Assembly: GCA_039621445.1 (NCBI GenBank)
Contig: CP154954.1
Coordinates: 19,950,642 to 20,014,641, forward strand
DNA: 64,000 nt
Source of the DNA: Euglena gracilis
Lineage: Eukaryota
Direction of reading: 5' to 3'
Part shown: in pieces, positions 1-12,000 of the stretch
Numbering within the stretch: the first letter of the stretch is position 1
How the letters are laid out: each line of letters opens with the position of its first letter
Program-made: the position numbers and the translations under genes
The notes under the pieces: model-generated
Told to the model about the DNA's origin: nothing
What the model saw: only the letters and a program-made list of their open reading frames with translations
Database searches by the model: none

Positions 1-1129
1 TAGGGACATAAAAGCATCTGATAGGGTGGGGTGAGAAATATTTTTGCCACTGTGTGTTTACAAATCACTCTCAAACAGATCCAATTAAGGCGTCGCTTAG
101 CGACTCCTGGAGAGAAGTTCCAGCTCGAGGCTGGAAATTTTGCTCAAGCCAGCCCTGTGTGGGAGGCCAAGATGGCCAGCTTGACTGATGCCCACCGCAC
201 AACGTTGAATCCTTCTTGGTTGATAGCACGAATCAAAAACAGGTCATTGCTGTCATTCATGACCCCCCCCCTGACCCATGAAACTTAGACCGCAAAAGAC
301 AATTTTGCTGAAAATCCCGTCTGGGAGAACTGATTGAAAAAAAATCACAGCAAATGCTGGGATCTATTGGCAGGTACGCCACAGGCTGTGTGCAGTGGGA
401 AGAAATGCAACATGGACCCCCAAAGCAAAAAAAAATTGAATGAAATTCTGGCTTTTGGAAGAAGCTCCAGAGACTTATGAGGCAGCCTCCAACTAAAGGG
501 ACCCCCCCCCCGGGGGGCTTTAATTGGATCAGGGGGAGGCAATTTTTTTTTGTGTTATTGAAGGAATAGGGTTAGGGGTACGACTTAGGGTTAGGATGAG
601 GCCTAACTTACAGATTACTGTACAAGTTAGGCCTGAAGTTAGGCCGAATTTGTAACCCTGACCCCACTCCATCATGAACGCAAAAAAAAAATCATCGGGG
701 GTGGGGGGGGTGGGTGGGTCGGGGGCTGTAGTCCCCAGGGGTGGGGGGGGGGAATCCCAGGACGGTGGCCCAAGCCAGTCTTAGATTTCGGCGCTTTGCA
801 CCGAAAATTAAGGAGGGGTTTTTGGAAATGCCCTTACCAAAGCCATTACCCACAACCCGACCAAACCATCCCCGATTTTTTTTGGGGGGAAACCACCCCT
901 TGGGGTGTGTTGGGTTTCCCAAAACACTGGTTTATAGCCTTAAAAAAAAAGCCTCGCGCTCATGTCATTGTCCAGTTTACAATAGCCACCGGGGAGTTGC
1001 TTAAGCTGAAGGACACCCCATCTCTGGGGGGTCCAGCCAGCCAACCAGCAGCCTTTTCCACCCTCCCCCCATCGACAAGTTACCCATTTATTTTCCAGCC
1101 ACCCGAAGTGCCGCCCGAAGTAACGGTGG

Positions 1130-1574
1130 CAGGGTTCGATATAAGGAGGGCGTACATGGTTTAGGTGGGGGGGTGTCCCCCCCCCCCCCCCCCCCCCCCT
1201 GGCCCCCAGGGGGGGCCCTTGCCCCCCCCCCCCCACCTGCCAGGGGGGTCCGGACCGACCCTCGGGGGGGTTCCCGGGACCCCCCCCCCAAAAAGGGTCA
1301 ATTTTTTCCTCTGGAGCTTCGCGCCGAATTTTTTTTTGCATTTTTGGCACATTTTTGCCCAAAAAGTGCCCAAAATGGCACTTTTGGTCGTTTTGGGGGG
1401 TCAAAATTTTTCGCCCACCCTGACCGTGCACGTTTACCGACAAACACCTGTGGGGGGTGTCCCTGGGGGGGGTGTGCCTTCTCCCCCCCACGCCCCCCCC
1501 CCCCCCCCCCCCCCCTCTGGCCCGCAGGGGGGGTCCGGACCACCCCCCCCCTCCTCTCCTTATATCGAACCCTG
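1130..1574. mobile_element. MITE, hAT-like (CAG...CTG TIRs, 8-bp TSD)
   Basis: Perfect 18-bp TIR CAGGGTTCGATATAAGGA; perfect TSD AACGGTGG at 1122-1129 and 1575-1582. Confidence 0.92.
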
Positions 1575-1836
1575 AACGGTGGTGCAAAAAATTGGCCTAA
1601 ATGATATCATTTTTTTTTGCAGTTTTGGGGTAATTTTGCAGTTCCGTTTTTTTTTCCCTTTTTGGTGCCTGGTTTGTTCCTGGGTTCAACCCTGTGGGGG
1701 GGGGGGCAGCCCCCATATTTTAGCCCCTCAGCTCGACCCCCCCCCCGCAGGGGGGGTGGTTAAGTGACGCTCTGATTGTCGCCCGACCCGGTCACACGCA
1801 GCACCCGACCCAGGTCATGCCCTCCCCATCCCGCAG

Positions 1837-1940
1837 GGGGGCTCCTGCTGCTGCCCGGCTGCTACAGCGGCTTCATCCTGCTGCAGTACCTGCGGGGCGT
1901 GCCGGGCTTCTCCCCCAACCAGCTGCCGCACTTCGAGTGA
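1837..1940 (+). CDS. Terminal exon of a TMEM230/TMEM134-like small membrane protein (upstream exons not identified)
   Basis: After acceptor ccgcag (1831-1836) reads GLLLLPGCYSGFILLQYLRGVPGFSPNQLPHFE-TGA; resembles the family C-terminus (LPGxY...G..G.....P.F) from memory. Confidence 0.6.
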
Positions 1941-2078
1941 AGCTGACTGGCCGGGGCACGCCGCCCGTGCCCCGCCACTCACCCTCCGCGCTGATACGCT
2001 TGCGGCGCTCATTGTTGTATTTCTTACCCCCCTCGACTGGAGACAATGCATCCGCTTTGCCTGGGATGGGCTGGCCAG

Positions 2079-2305
2079 CTGGCTGAATTTTGAGGCGAGG
2101 TCGACCCCACCCCAGGGGGGGGGGGTCGACTGGGCAGGCACCCAAGGCACCCAGATCTGGGGGCGCAGGGTTGGGCATATGGCCGATAGTGCCTGGGCTT
2201 TGGGCACTTTTTTTGCCCCCACAACCAGGCAGTCACCGACCCGGGGGGGGGGGTTCCTGCCTGCCGAGGCACCCCAGGGCACTCGGAGGTTGACCAAATT
2301 CCCTG
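2079..2305. mobile_element. Degenerate MITE, related to the intron-forming element at 41947-42393
   Basis: Ends ctggctgaattttgagg ... ggttgaccaaattccctg; TSD CTGGCCAG/CTGGCCAA. Confidence 0.7.
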
Positions 2306-3898
2306 CTGGCCAACAGAGTGGTGAAGATTTGTGGGGTGTTGTCCAGTGTGTTTGGGGGGCACAGTATGTGTTTGTGTGTGTGTGTGTGTTTCTCTCTCTG
2401 TGTGTGTGATGTGTGTGGTGTGTGTGTGTGTGTGTGTCTCTCTCTCTCTCTCTCTCTCTCTCTGCGTGTGGTGTGGTATGTGTGTGCTTGCATGCGTGGG
2501 TGGGTGGATGGGTTTGTGGGGGTGGTGATGGGTGTGCGTGCTGGTTAATTTATTGTCCAGGAATGTTCATTTGAGGTTTGTTCGGGCTCGAAGGACGCAT
2601 GCAGAGATGCACGCCCCCCTCTATGGGTGCCAAGCAATAGGCCAAGTGGGTTATTTTGGCAAAGTGGTATAAAATGAGCACATTTCAGGCTTCACTGTCA
2701 GTGCTCAATTGGCACCCTCCATCGCAAGCACCCAGCTTGCCCCAGGCTGGATCATGTGTACATTGACCTCCCCCCCCCCGCACCCCTTCCCTCCCTTCCA
2801 TCCCCCCCCCTGTTGGGCTGGCCCTCCCCCACCATGCAGCCTCCCCTCTCCCCGGCCCCAGCGGCTGGGCCGCTGTGCGCTTTGTGACACAGCGTCACAG
2901 ACTCGATACGTACTCCTTGTAGGCCATGCCACTCCCGAGTTGTATAAGATGCCGCTTACAAAAATAACAGGGTCCACAAAGTTTCTTCCCACTTATAAAC
3001 CGCCTTTTAAGGGGAAAAGGCCCTTAGGTCTAAGTGCCAGCCAAGGGCCGGACTGGGGCTCGAACGGGGTTGAAATGAAAAAGCTGAAAAAAAAAACACA
3101 TTTTTTGACATTTTGGGCTGATGGGCATTGATCCAAGGATGCCAGAACCACGAAGTTTTTTTTTGCACCGAAGTTGACCTGTTTTCGCCAAAAATGGTAA
3201 TTTTTGCCCAAATTGGTCGGCATATCGAGGCCATCACCCCATCAGCCCACGTTGACAGGGGTTGCTAATTTGTATTGTCCAAAGTTGGGGTCCAATGCCA
3301 CTCACTGCAGTGTGAGCCGCCTCGTCCCCTTACCTGAGGCTGGGTTTGCTTCGCAGTCCAAAAGGGGCAGGAAATGGAAAAACCCTGCTCGCATAAAATT
3401 GGCCGGAATTTTGCACAGCGTGCTGCAGCAGAGCTGGCTGGGGCACTGCTGCGTGGGGCAGGGCCATGCCAGTGTGCACACACCATCACCACATCCCATG
3501 GGCTGGCAGAGGCTTTGGGGCTGGGGGTTGGGTATGACCCACAAAATTCTCAGGTGTCCCACTATTTAGTTTCCCTACTGTACGATATTCTAAGAGGAGG
3601 GTAATTCCCCAATGGAGTGTTCTTGGCCTGAGTAATTGAGTAATGGAGTTAATGACGATGTTACGTCGCTAGTTAGTGGTTGTGCATGCATTTTTGTCGG
3701 GGGAGGGGGTATGGTGATTGAATTGATCTAAAGTGGAGGGAATTCATGGACCTAAATTTAAGGGTTCAAATCAAGGATTTTTCTTAGCAACAAGATTTTT
3801 TTTACAGATGTGTTGGGGAATGTTTTTTTTTATTTCAGAAGCATAGGAAAGATGGACCAACATTTGTCAGGACCAGTTTTATTATCCTCCTCCACTTT

Positions 3899-4342
3899 AA
3901 CCCCCCCCCGGAATAGAAGCCCCCGGGGGCTTCTATTCGGAACGTTGGTCGAAAACCGAGGGGGGGGCTTCTATTGGGGGGGGGGGGGGCACTATTCGGA
4001 AAAGTGGTCGAAAACCAGGGGGTCCGAGAATTATCGAAGAAAATTCTTTGTGGGTCCACATGTCCTACCTTTCCAAACCATGTCAAATTTGCTACAAATG
4101 TTACTCTTGTGGGTGCATTGGATCATGAAACATAAAATCACCCAACCCTCAACCAATGCCTGAAGAAGCCAAAGTGCCATCCGTCCCAATTGACAGATCC
4201 ACGGGCAGGGGCCTACCAAACGGGGGGGGGGGGGCACTATTCGGAATTTTGGTCGAAAACCGAGGGTGGGGGGGCTTCTATTCAGGGGGGGGGGCTTCTA
4301 TTCGGGGGGGGGGGGGCTTCTATTCGGGGGGGGGGGGGGTAC
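3899..4342. mobile_element. Putative MITE with CTATTCGG/G-run subterminal repeats
   Basis: cccccggaatagaagccccc at the left end inverts to gggggcttctattcgggggg at the right end; ctattc(gg) motif repeated; ends approximate. Confidence 0.5.
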
Positions 4343-4495
4343 TCTTTTCACTCTTTTGCAGGCCGTTTTTTTTCACCTGCGCCACCTTCGCCATGCTCTG
4401 AGCTATGCCGGTATGTGTTCATTACGGGTGTCGTCTTTTTTGGTGCATCTCTCAAGCGTTGGAAATTTTTTAAGTCTGGAAAGCTTCAAATATCA

Positions 4496-7400
4496 ATGGT
4501 TTGTGCAGCTGATATCCAGCACTCTTAAGGAGGGATCTTGCCAGGATGTTTATGTGTCCTCGTTGCTTGCACAGGGGAAGAAGAAGGGAGCGAAGATGTC
4601 CTTGGGCGATTTCCTGGGCCCCCCGCAGCCAACGGTGTGTGGAACAGCCCATCACTGAACTTGTGGTGACTGAAGATGGTTGGATGGAATGCAGGGGCAG
4701 GGAGATATTCCGGTCCGGAATAAACCGGAATAAACCGGAATAGCAAAAACCGGAATAAACCGGAATAAACCGGAATAACCGGAATAAAAGTGCCAGCCAA
4801 TGGCTTGAAAATTCTGCAAGACACAAAGGCAATGAAGGTGAAGTTTGACAGATTTTCAGGTTTCAAAATCACAAGAGCAACAAACGAGCCCAAGCGTAGC
4901 ACAATCGGCATTTGATATCAGGAGCACACCTTTACTTTGCCTGTTTCTCCCCCTAGTTGTTTGGATTTTATCCCCACTTGTGGGGCTGCACTTAGTGAAT
5001 GTTTGTCCCTGAGTTCTTTCCAAAAGGGACATGAACTAGGACAATATGAACGCTGATTTTTGGGGGCAGGGATCCCATTGGACAAAGCGAAGCATCCTTC
5101 AATAACACTCTTAGGCCATTGCACTCTGTTTGAAACCCACCCTTTTGGCCCTCTGGTTCTGTGGGGACCCTCCACGGTGGCATGTGCATAATTTCCGGTT
5201 GTTGGAACCCAGGAAACAGGCCCCTTTGGTGTTTTTAAGCCTGTGCTCCATTTTAAAAAAGGTTCAAACCCCGGGTTTGAACGCCGGGACACGTGAATTT
5301 TCCCAAAAAAAGGGCCAACACCCCTGTTGTGTCTCCCTCATTTTTGAATCCTTGACTGTGTTCCCAAGATGGTGCTACACAGACCAGGTGACTGGTGGCC
5401 CATTTTGTTGCTGTTTTAGGCTCTGTGATCTGCCCGTGAAGGTTTGCCTGCTGAGGTGTCCGCTTCGGCACAACAGCCACGCCAATTTGCGGATGCGCAA
5501 TGAAAGCACATTATTATTGCGCAAGTGCGCAATGATCCCCACATTTAGAATTACAAAAAAATTAGAAACATTGTTCCAAAGCGCAATGTGTTTTATTTTT
5601 TGTAATGAAAAAAATTGTTGCATTATGGCGCAACTGCGCAATGGAGTTTTGTTTCATTACCTGTCGCTTTGGGGTCATGCACACTGGGCTCGTGAACCCT
5701 GTGCCTGGATAACGTGGAGTTCCAACTCGTTACTTCCGTCCCCAGGCCCTAGGGGTGTAGGGAGACACTAATTCGGACTGTCCTGAACCTCAGGCCTCGG
5801 TGTTCAAAAACAGAACTTTTTTGCAACATTGCACGTCGCGCAATTGTACACTTTCAAAGCTAAGTGCGAGTTAGGCCGCCTAAGACATTTGGCGGGACAT
5901 TTTTTGGGAAGAAAAAAGATAGCGGTGCCTCCTCCTCCGAGCGCCAATTTTCATCAGCTTGTTTTTCCCGAAAAGGCCGGGGTCTGCTGTGGTGTGCAGA
6001 CCCGCATCACCAAGTGCGAAGTGACCACTTGGTGGGGCAGGGCAACCAAGGAATGCATCCCTATTCGTGAAGCCCGGGTGAGCGCCTCGGCCCAATTGTG
6101 CTTCAAAAAAATCCCAAGTCCATTCAGACAGAAATTGACCGGAATAAACCGGAATAAATTCCGGAATAAACCGGAATAACCCGGAATAAACCGGAATAAA
6201 ACCCCGGAATAAAATTTTCGGCCGACCGGAATATCTCCCTGCCCCTGTGGAATGGCACCACAGCAAGAATCTGCTCCCTCCCACCTCAACCAATGTCAAA
6301 CTCGGGCAGTGGCAGTAGCTGATCCTTTCCAGAACCCTGGTTATGGAAAAATGAGAGCACATGTGCGGGTTTTATTCCACAGGAATCGGTGGCGCCGTTG
6401 AGAACAAACATCTCTGAGAAATTCATCTGCAAAATGGCCTTAAATGTTAATTAAGAAATTAAATGTTAATGTTAATGTCAAACGTTAATTAAAAAGGCAA
6501 AAAATGCCATACGTGCAGCCTGCCAAGTTTATTTAAAATCAATTTGTCTTCATCAAATCATCTTTGTTACCCGAACTTGAAGCCCCATGGCTTACGATGG
6601 GTATCCTGATTGACCAAGGGGGGGGGGGGGTTCAGGGCCCCCTTTTTCCAGGAAGCAGCCGGGACCGCCAAAAAGCCCAAGTTTTTCCCAGCGCTTTTCA
6701 TCCCAAATTTTATGTTTTGGGGGGCAAACATTTTGCTATAAAAATAGTTCTCCAACCGCATTTTTCTCCATTTTGGATTCATATTTTTCAGCTGGGCGTT
6801 TCAAATTAAACCAGAATGAAAATTGGTCATTTTGGCGATGCCACTGTTTAGCTGGTGGATGGGATATTGGAGATCCCCACTTGACCACGCCAAACCCTGT
6901 TCGCACCACAGGAGCATTCCGTTGAGGTCGAAGAGGCTCCCCTTTCGGCAGACCCCCTGCTGAAGTACAGCTCCTACTTCACCAACGAAGGAGGTATGGG
7001 CAAACCTTTCCGTCCGATCCCAATTGGTTGAAGGTTGGAACAAAGTTCAAAGGTAGGTTTCTCTGAAGACATCTGCTGGTGGCCAGATGACAATGGCAAT
7101 GATGATGTGTGCCGCTTGCGGTTCCACATAGTTTTGCACATTTTCAAGTGAACGTTCTCCGCGATTGACCTCCCAGAAAAATCGATCCAAGAAGCTTTTT
7201 CCAGGGTTGGTATCCCCCCCCCGAAAATCCCTTTCTGCCAACCAGTTTGTGACGACAGCACCAAAATCAAATACCTTTTCCCACATGGCTGGAACAAGAT
7301 GTGATCAAACCGTTTCTTAAGGAACCCGGGGGGGGGGGGGGGGTCCACTGGCTGGCCATTTGCTAGACACTGGGGAAAATGGCCTGGCTACCCCCCCTCC

Positions 7401-9025
7401 CAATCCAATCCGAGGTCCCCCCCTGACTGAAAAAAAAAAACTCCTCCAGCACGGCGCGCTGAGGTGAAATGAGGACTTAATGTGTTTCTTTTTTGGCTGA
7501 TTCTGTTCAAAAAAAAAATCCAAAATGGCCAAAAACGGGCATTTTGGCTATTTTGGAGGTCAGAAAATTTTCCAGCACTTCGCACTGGAAGAAAATTATC
7601 CACTAGCTAGCCCTGCTAACGGACTCCTCCCCCCGGGTTCACTGGGATCCCCACTAGCCAAATTTGGACTAGCTGCAGTCCAGCCCATCCCCCCGGGAGG
7701 GTACTGCATACCTTTCAGCAAATGCCTGGATGTGACCCTCCCAAGGTTTGCCAAGGTCTCTAAAGATATGTTTTTGAAGAATTGCAGTGAGCAAAGTCAT
7801 GTAGCTGTGTCTCTCACATGCATGTGGAACTTCAACGTATGAGAGAGCCTAACACTTCAAAAAAGAGCGAAGTGGGTGCCACGAAGGGGGTGGCAATATC
7901 CCCCCAGGGCCAAGGATGGCCTCCTCGCCCTCCAAAATCAGAACGGGGAGGCAAATGGTGCCCGGAACGTGGGTGCAGTGGAGCGGTGGTGCACTCGGTG
8001 GGCATTCACCCCTGCGGAACTCCAGTGCTTTCCCCAGTGTGCCGATTCCAAATCAAGGGCAACGTCGGCTGGGCTCTTCCGGGGAACTCAATTGTGCAAC
8101 CAACTTACAATGACCCATCTCTTGCCTTTTGTAATCGCTGGTCTGTCTGGATACAGTTTCCCAGGAGCGATGTGTCCAAAATTTTGCTGCAGGCGATTTC
8201 GAAGTTTCCTGCACTGTCTCGGGTTTTATTTAACAAGGTGTCCGCTTTCAGCACTCCTGATGACCCGACCCCTGGTGCCCTCAACATCGTCGTGGTCGTG
8301 GGGGTGGAGGCCCGCCTTCTTTAGGGCACCCAGATGGGAGTTTTGTCGACATTCTTTTTTGTGAGTTCTGCCATTTTTAGGGTGAGGATATTGTTTGGAT
8401 AGGGATTAGGGTGAGGGTCTGCCGTCAGGAAAGAAGTGGATCGAAATCAGGTGGAAGGTTTGGCCTGATATAGATTTTATAGACACCTAAATTTACGCAC
8501 CTAATCAAGGTCCAACAGTTTTGATCTTAACCTATTCCATACCAAAATCCGAACCTTACCTCTCAGAAATGACCCAGATTCTAATCCAGCAAGGAGGATG
8601 GCAAATTTGGGTTTGTGGCAGTATTTTAGGGCTGCCAGTTTTCATCAAAATCCATCGATGGGAGTGGTGAACAATTAACGGGGTGATTTTGTGTGATGTT
8701 GGCGTGTTTTTTGGACAAAGGTGCGGGAAGGTGACCTTTTTTTTTGCAAAGTTATTGTAATCGCCCGTCAGGTCTCGGTGGAGATTTTGCAAATGTCGGA
8801 TTGGCAAAGGATTCCTCAAAGGATTTGCTGGAATGTCCCAAAGCATCAACAGAATTAGGTCGGCTTTGTTTGGCAGTATTCCAATCGTGTAAGGGTCCCG
8901 GCACATCCTTCTTTTCACATTGAATGGTGTGCCTCTCCATGCAGACTGCCACGGCTACTATGCTGGAGATGAGCTGTGGGACGAGGCTTTCTCTTCAACC
9001 CATCAGGGGCACACACACACACACA

Positions 9026-9058
<33 letters not shown>

Positions 9059-12000
9059 CAATGTTTCATGATTCTGGGCCATGGCCCCCAGAGACCCCAT
9101 CTTTTTGGCCGTGGGGTGTTTGCCTGCCGACCACTGGGCCGGGTTCGACCTGAGGGTGTGCCTCCTTTGGCCCCCGAAGCTTCCGGTCCACCCCCCGTCG
9201 CCCACTGGTCTGGGCCATCACGGCATTCACGTCAAACCCGGGCGAGGGGGCCACCCACCCACCCCCCTGGGCCAAGGCCTCCGGGGGACAAGCTGGTGCA
9301 GGACCAGGACTGGACCCGGGTGACGGCGATGTACAACCACATCGCCCTCATCTTCGAGCGGGACCGGGAGCGGAGCACGAGCGTGGGCCGCTGGGGTGTG
9401 CCCGATGTGCGGCGGAGCGGCGCGAATTTGTTTTTGCCCGGGCAGTGTCGGAGGTGCAACGCAGGGGGTCCAACTGAGGGCACAAGACAAACATTAACTC
9501 AACCGAGTTCTTGTGACCCAGATTTTCAGCAATAAACTCCAAGAATAATTGTGTGGGATTTGAAATTTCGGCAATGTTCATAGCCGAAATGAAATTTGCC
9601 TTGGGATCCTACCACACTTCACCAATTGTCTCAACAAGAATTTCGGAGTTAAAAAGTGCATTGCCCATGGATTTGGCAGCCATGTTGGTTTTGGTTTAAA
9701 TCTGGTGCTTTTGGTGCTTCCATCTGATCGGCTGCCGCAGGAACCCACCCGACGTTCATGCAGCTGCTGTTGAAGCTCTGGGAGAGGTATGTTGCTGGTT
9801 TCTCACTTGTCCTTCCAGTCGGCAATTTATGGGTCGATGCCCACCCATGTTTTTTGCCTTGACTGGCTGTGTGGGTCGTTGCAGTGCCGTTGATTCTGCT
9901 CGCTTTTCGTTCTTGCGACGTTATTTGCCCCTGGAATTCTATTCGATTCTGTGCCCTCTGGGATGGCAGAATTGGCTGATTTGGCGACGCTTATGATCAC
10001 CCCAAAGCTCCCTTCCAGACCTGAGTTATCCAGCCAGCAAGGCTCTAAACTGGATGAATTTGCCAATCCCCCCAACTTTCAACACTGCCATTTCGCCAAG
10101 GTGAGTTCTTGGTTCCAAAATATGCCGAGGTGTGTGTTTGGGTTGAAAAAAAAATGTTGCAAAAGTATCTCGAAAATTTACCCCCAAATGGAGGTGTTTT
10201 GTAAAGCAGGGATCCAATCGCTCACAATTTTTCTCCCGCAAATGGGGTTGTGCTCAAGGTGATAATCCGCGGTTATCATTCCCTATCTGACCCAGGGGGG
10301 TCGAGCGCCAGGAGGGCGTCCTCCTTTTTCCGGGTGGTGAGGTTTCTCTTACCATAAGGAGATGAGAAAAGCGCAGCAAAGACCCCCTAAAAGTGTCTTA
10401 ATCTCCCCAAACATCCAGAGGGAAATGTGTTTCCATTGTTTTTTGTGCATTTTTCGGAACTTTCCAAAAAAAATGTTCATTTCTGCGCATTTATCGCATT
10501 TTTTTGCACTTTTTTTTCGATTTCTTTCAGCGCAATTTTTTTTTGCCATTTTGGCACATTTTTTTGTGATTTACCCAGTATTTCGCATTTTTGACCATTT
10601 TATAATTTTTTTCGATATTTTTTGAAACTGATATTTTCTTTATAATTCCATATAATTCCCGTAAATTTGGTGCCATTTTTTGCATGTTTTGGTGTAATTT
10701 TGCATGTTTTTTTATTTTTCTCCAGATTTTGCAAATTTTGCATATTTTTTGCGCTTTTTTTGCACACTTTGCGCTTTTTTTTTTTGCGGGGCTGGGCTAG
10801 CGCATCCACCCCCCCCCCCCTGAACCAGGGGTTTTTTTAGTCGTGGCCCCCCAGGGGGGGGGGTAGGGTGGGTGGGTCCGGCCGACCCCCCCCCCCGGGG
10901 GGGTCCGGTCCCCCGGAGGGGGGTGGGATATACTTTTCGGCGCCAAAGGCGCCGAAAGTGCTTTTTAGCACTTTTCGCGATTTTTCGACCATTTTTTGTG
11001 GGTCCCCCGGGGGGGCCCCCAGGGGGTGGGTGGGTGGGGGGACCCCCCCGGTGGGTGGGGGGACCCCCCCTCCCCCCCCCCGGTCTTAAAAAAACCCCTG
11101 CCCTGAACGTCCTGATTTTTTGAATTTTCGGGAAAATTTGCCATTTTTATGTGTTCAAACGATGTATCCTAATTTTTGAGACATATTCTTTTCACAGTGC
11201 ACGATCCTGGTTTTGGCGGCTTATTTTGGACCCTCCCACCAGAAAAAATTTTGGGCCAAAATTTTCAGTGAAAATCCCAAAAGGGTGATTTTCAGCAACT
11301 GACCCGAAAGGTCTAATTTCGGGGTGGGGTTTACAGGAGATCCCACAGGTTTCTTTTTTTCCCTTCTGAAGATGGACGTTTCGTTGTTGATATTGTTATT
11401 GCATAAAAGAAGGGTGCAAAGAAGAACATATTAAATGCAATGTTGTGAACCCGCGATGCTTGTTTTTTTTGCTTTCTTTTCTCCCGCACAGACTACGTTG
11501 GATGCTGGACCAAGGGGTCCTCACCCCCGAGTGCAAGCAAGCCAGTCGGCGGCTGTTCGACGCGGTGTGCTCCGCAACCCAGACCGAAAGGAACGCCCCG
11601 AGCGTGCGAGGCACTTTTGTGTTTATCCCGAGGAAGAAAGGGTCGAAGCCAGTGCAGCGCCTCCGCCAGACGGGACCCCAGCCAGTCCAGCCAGCTAGTT
11701 GCGTTTTTCAAGCCCTGGACGCCCTCCGTTTCCCACAGACATATTTCACCAGGCACCATCCAGCCGCCCTAAGAACGGCTGGATGGTAACAGGTTTTCCG
11801 CTTTGGAGGGTACCTAATTGGACCAACTTTGGGTGAAAAAGGGGTAAATTTGAATGCCCAGCTCAAATTCCTGAGCTGAAAATCAATTTCTGGCATAATT
11901 TGCCGGTTTTGGGACTTCGTTTGATTTTCCCTTGCCCAGTCCGACCCGGGTTCAGCCCAGGTTTAACTAGGGGGACCCCACCCCGGAGGGAAGGGGTCAG

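Noticed and set aside
566-665. TTAGGG-like telomeric repeats (also ~8400, ~21900, ~43790)
   Set aside because: Only a few degenerate units; no true array.
940-1604. Pro/Gly-rich ORFs
   Set aside because: Translations of G/C runs inside a MITE.
4715-6212. CCGGAATAAA arrays as CRISPR or iterons
   Set aside because: No unique spacers; they are subterminal repeats of a TIR element.
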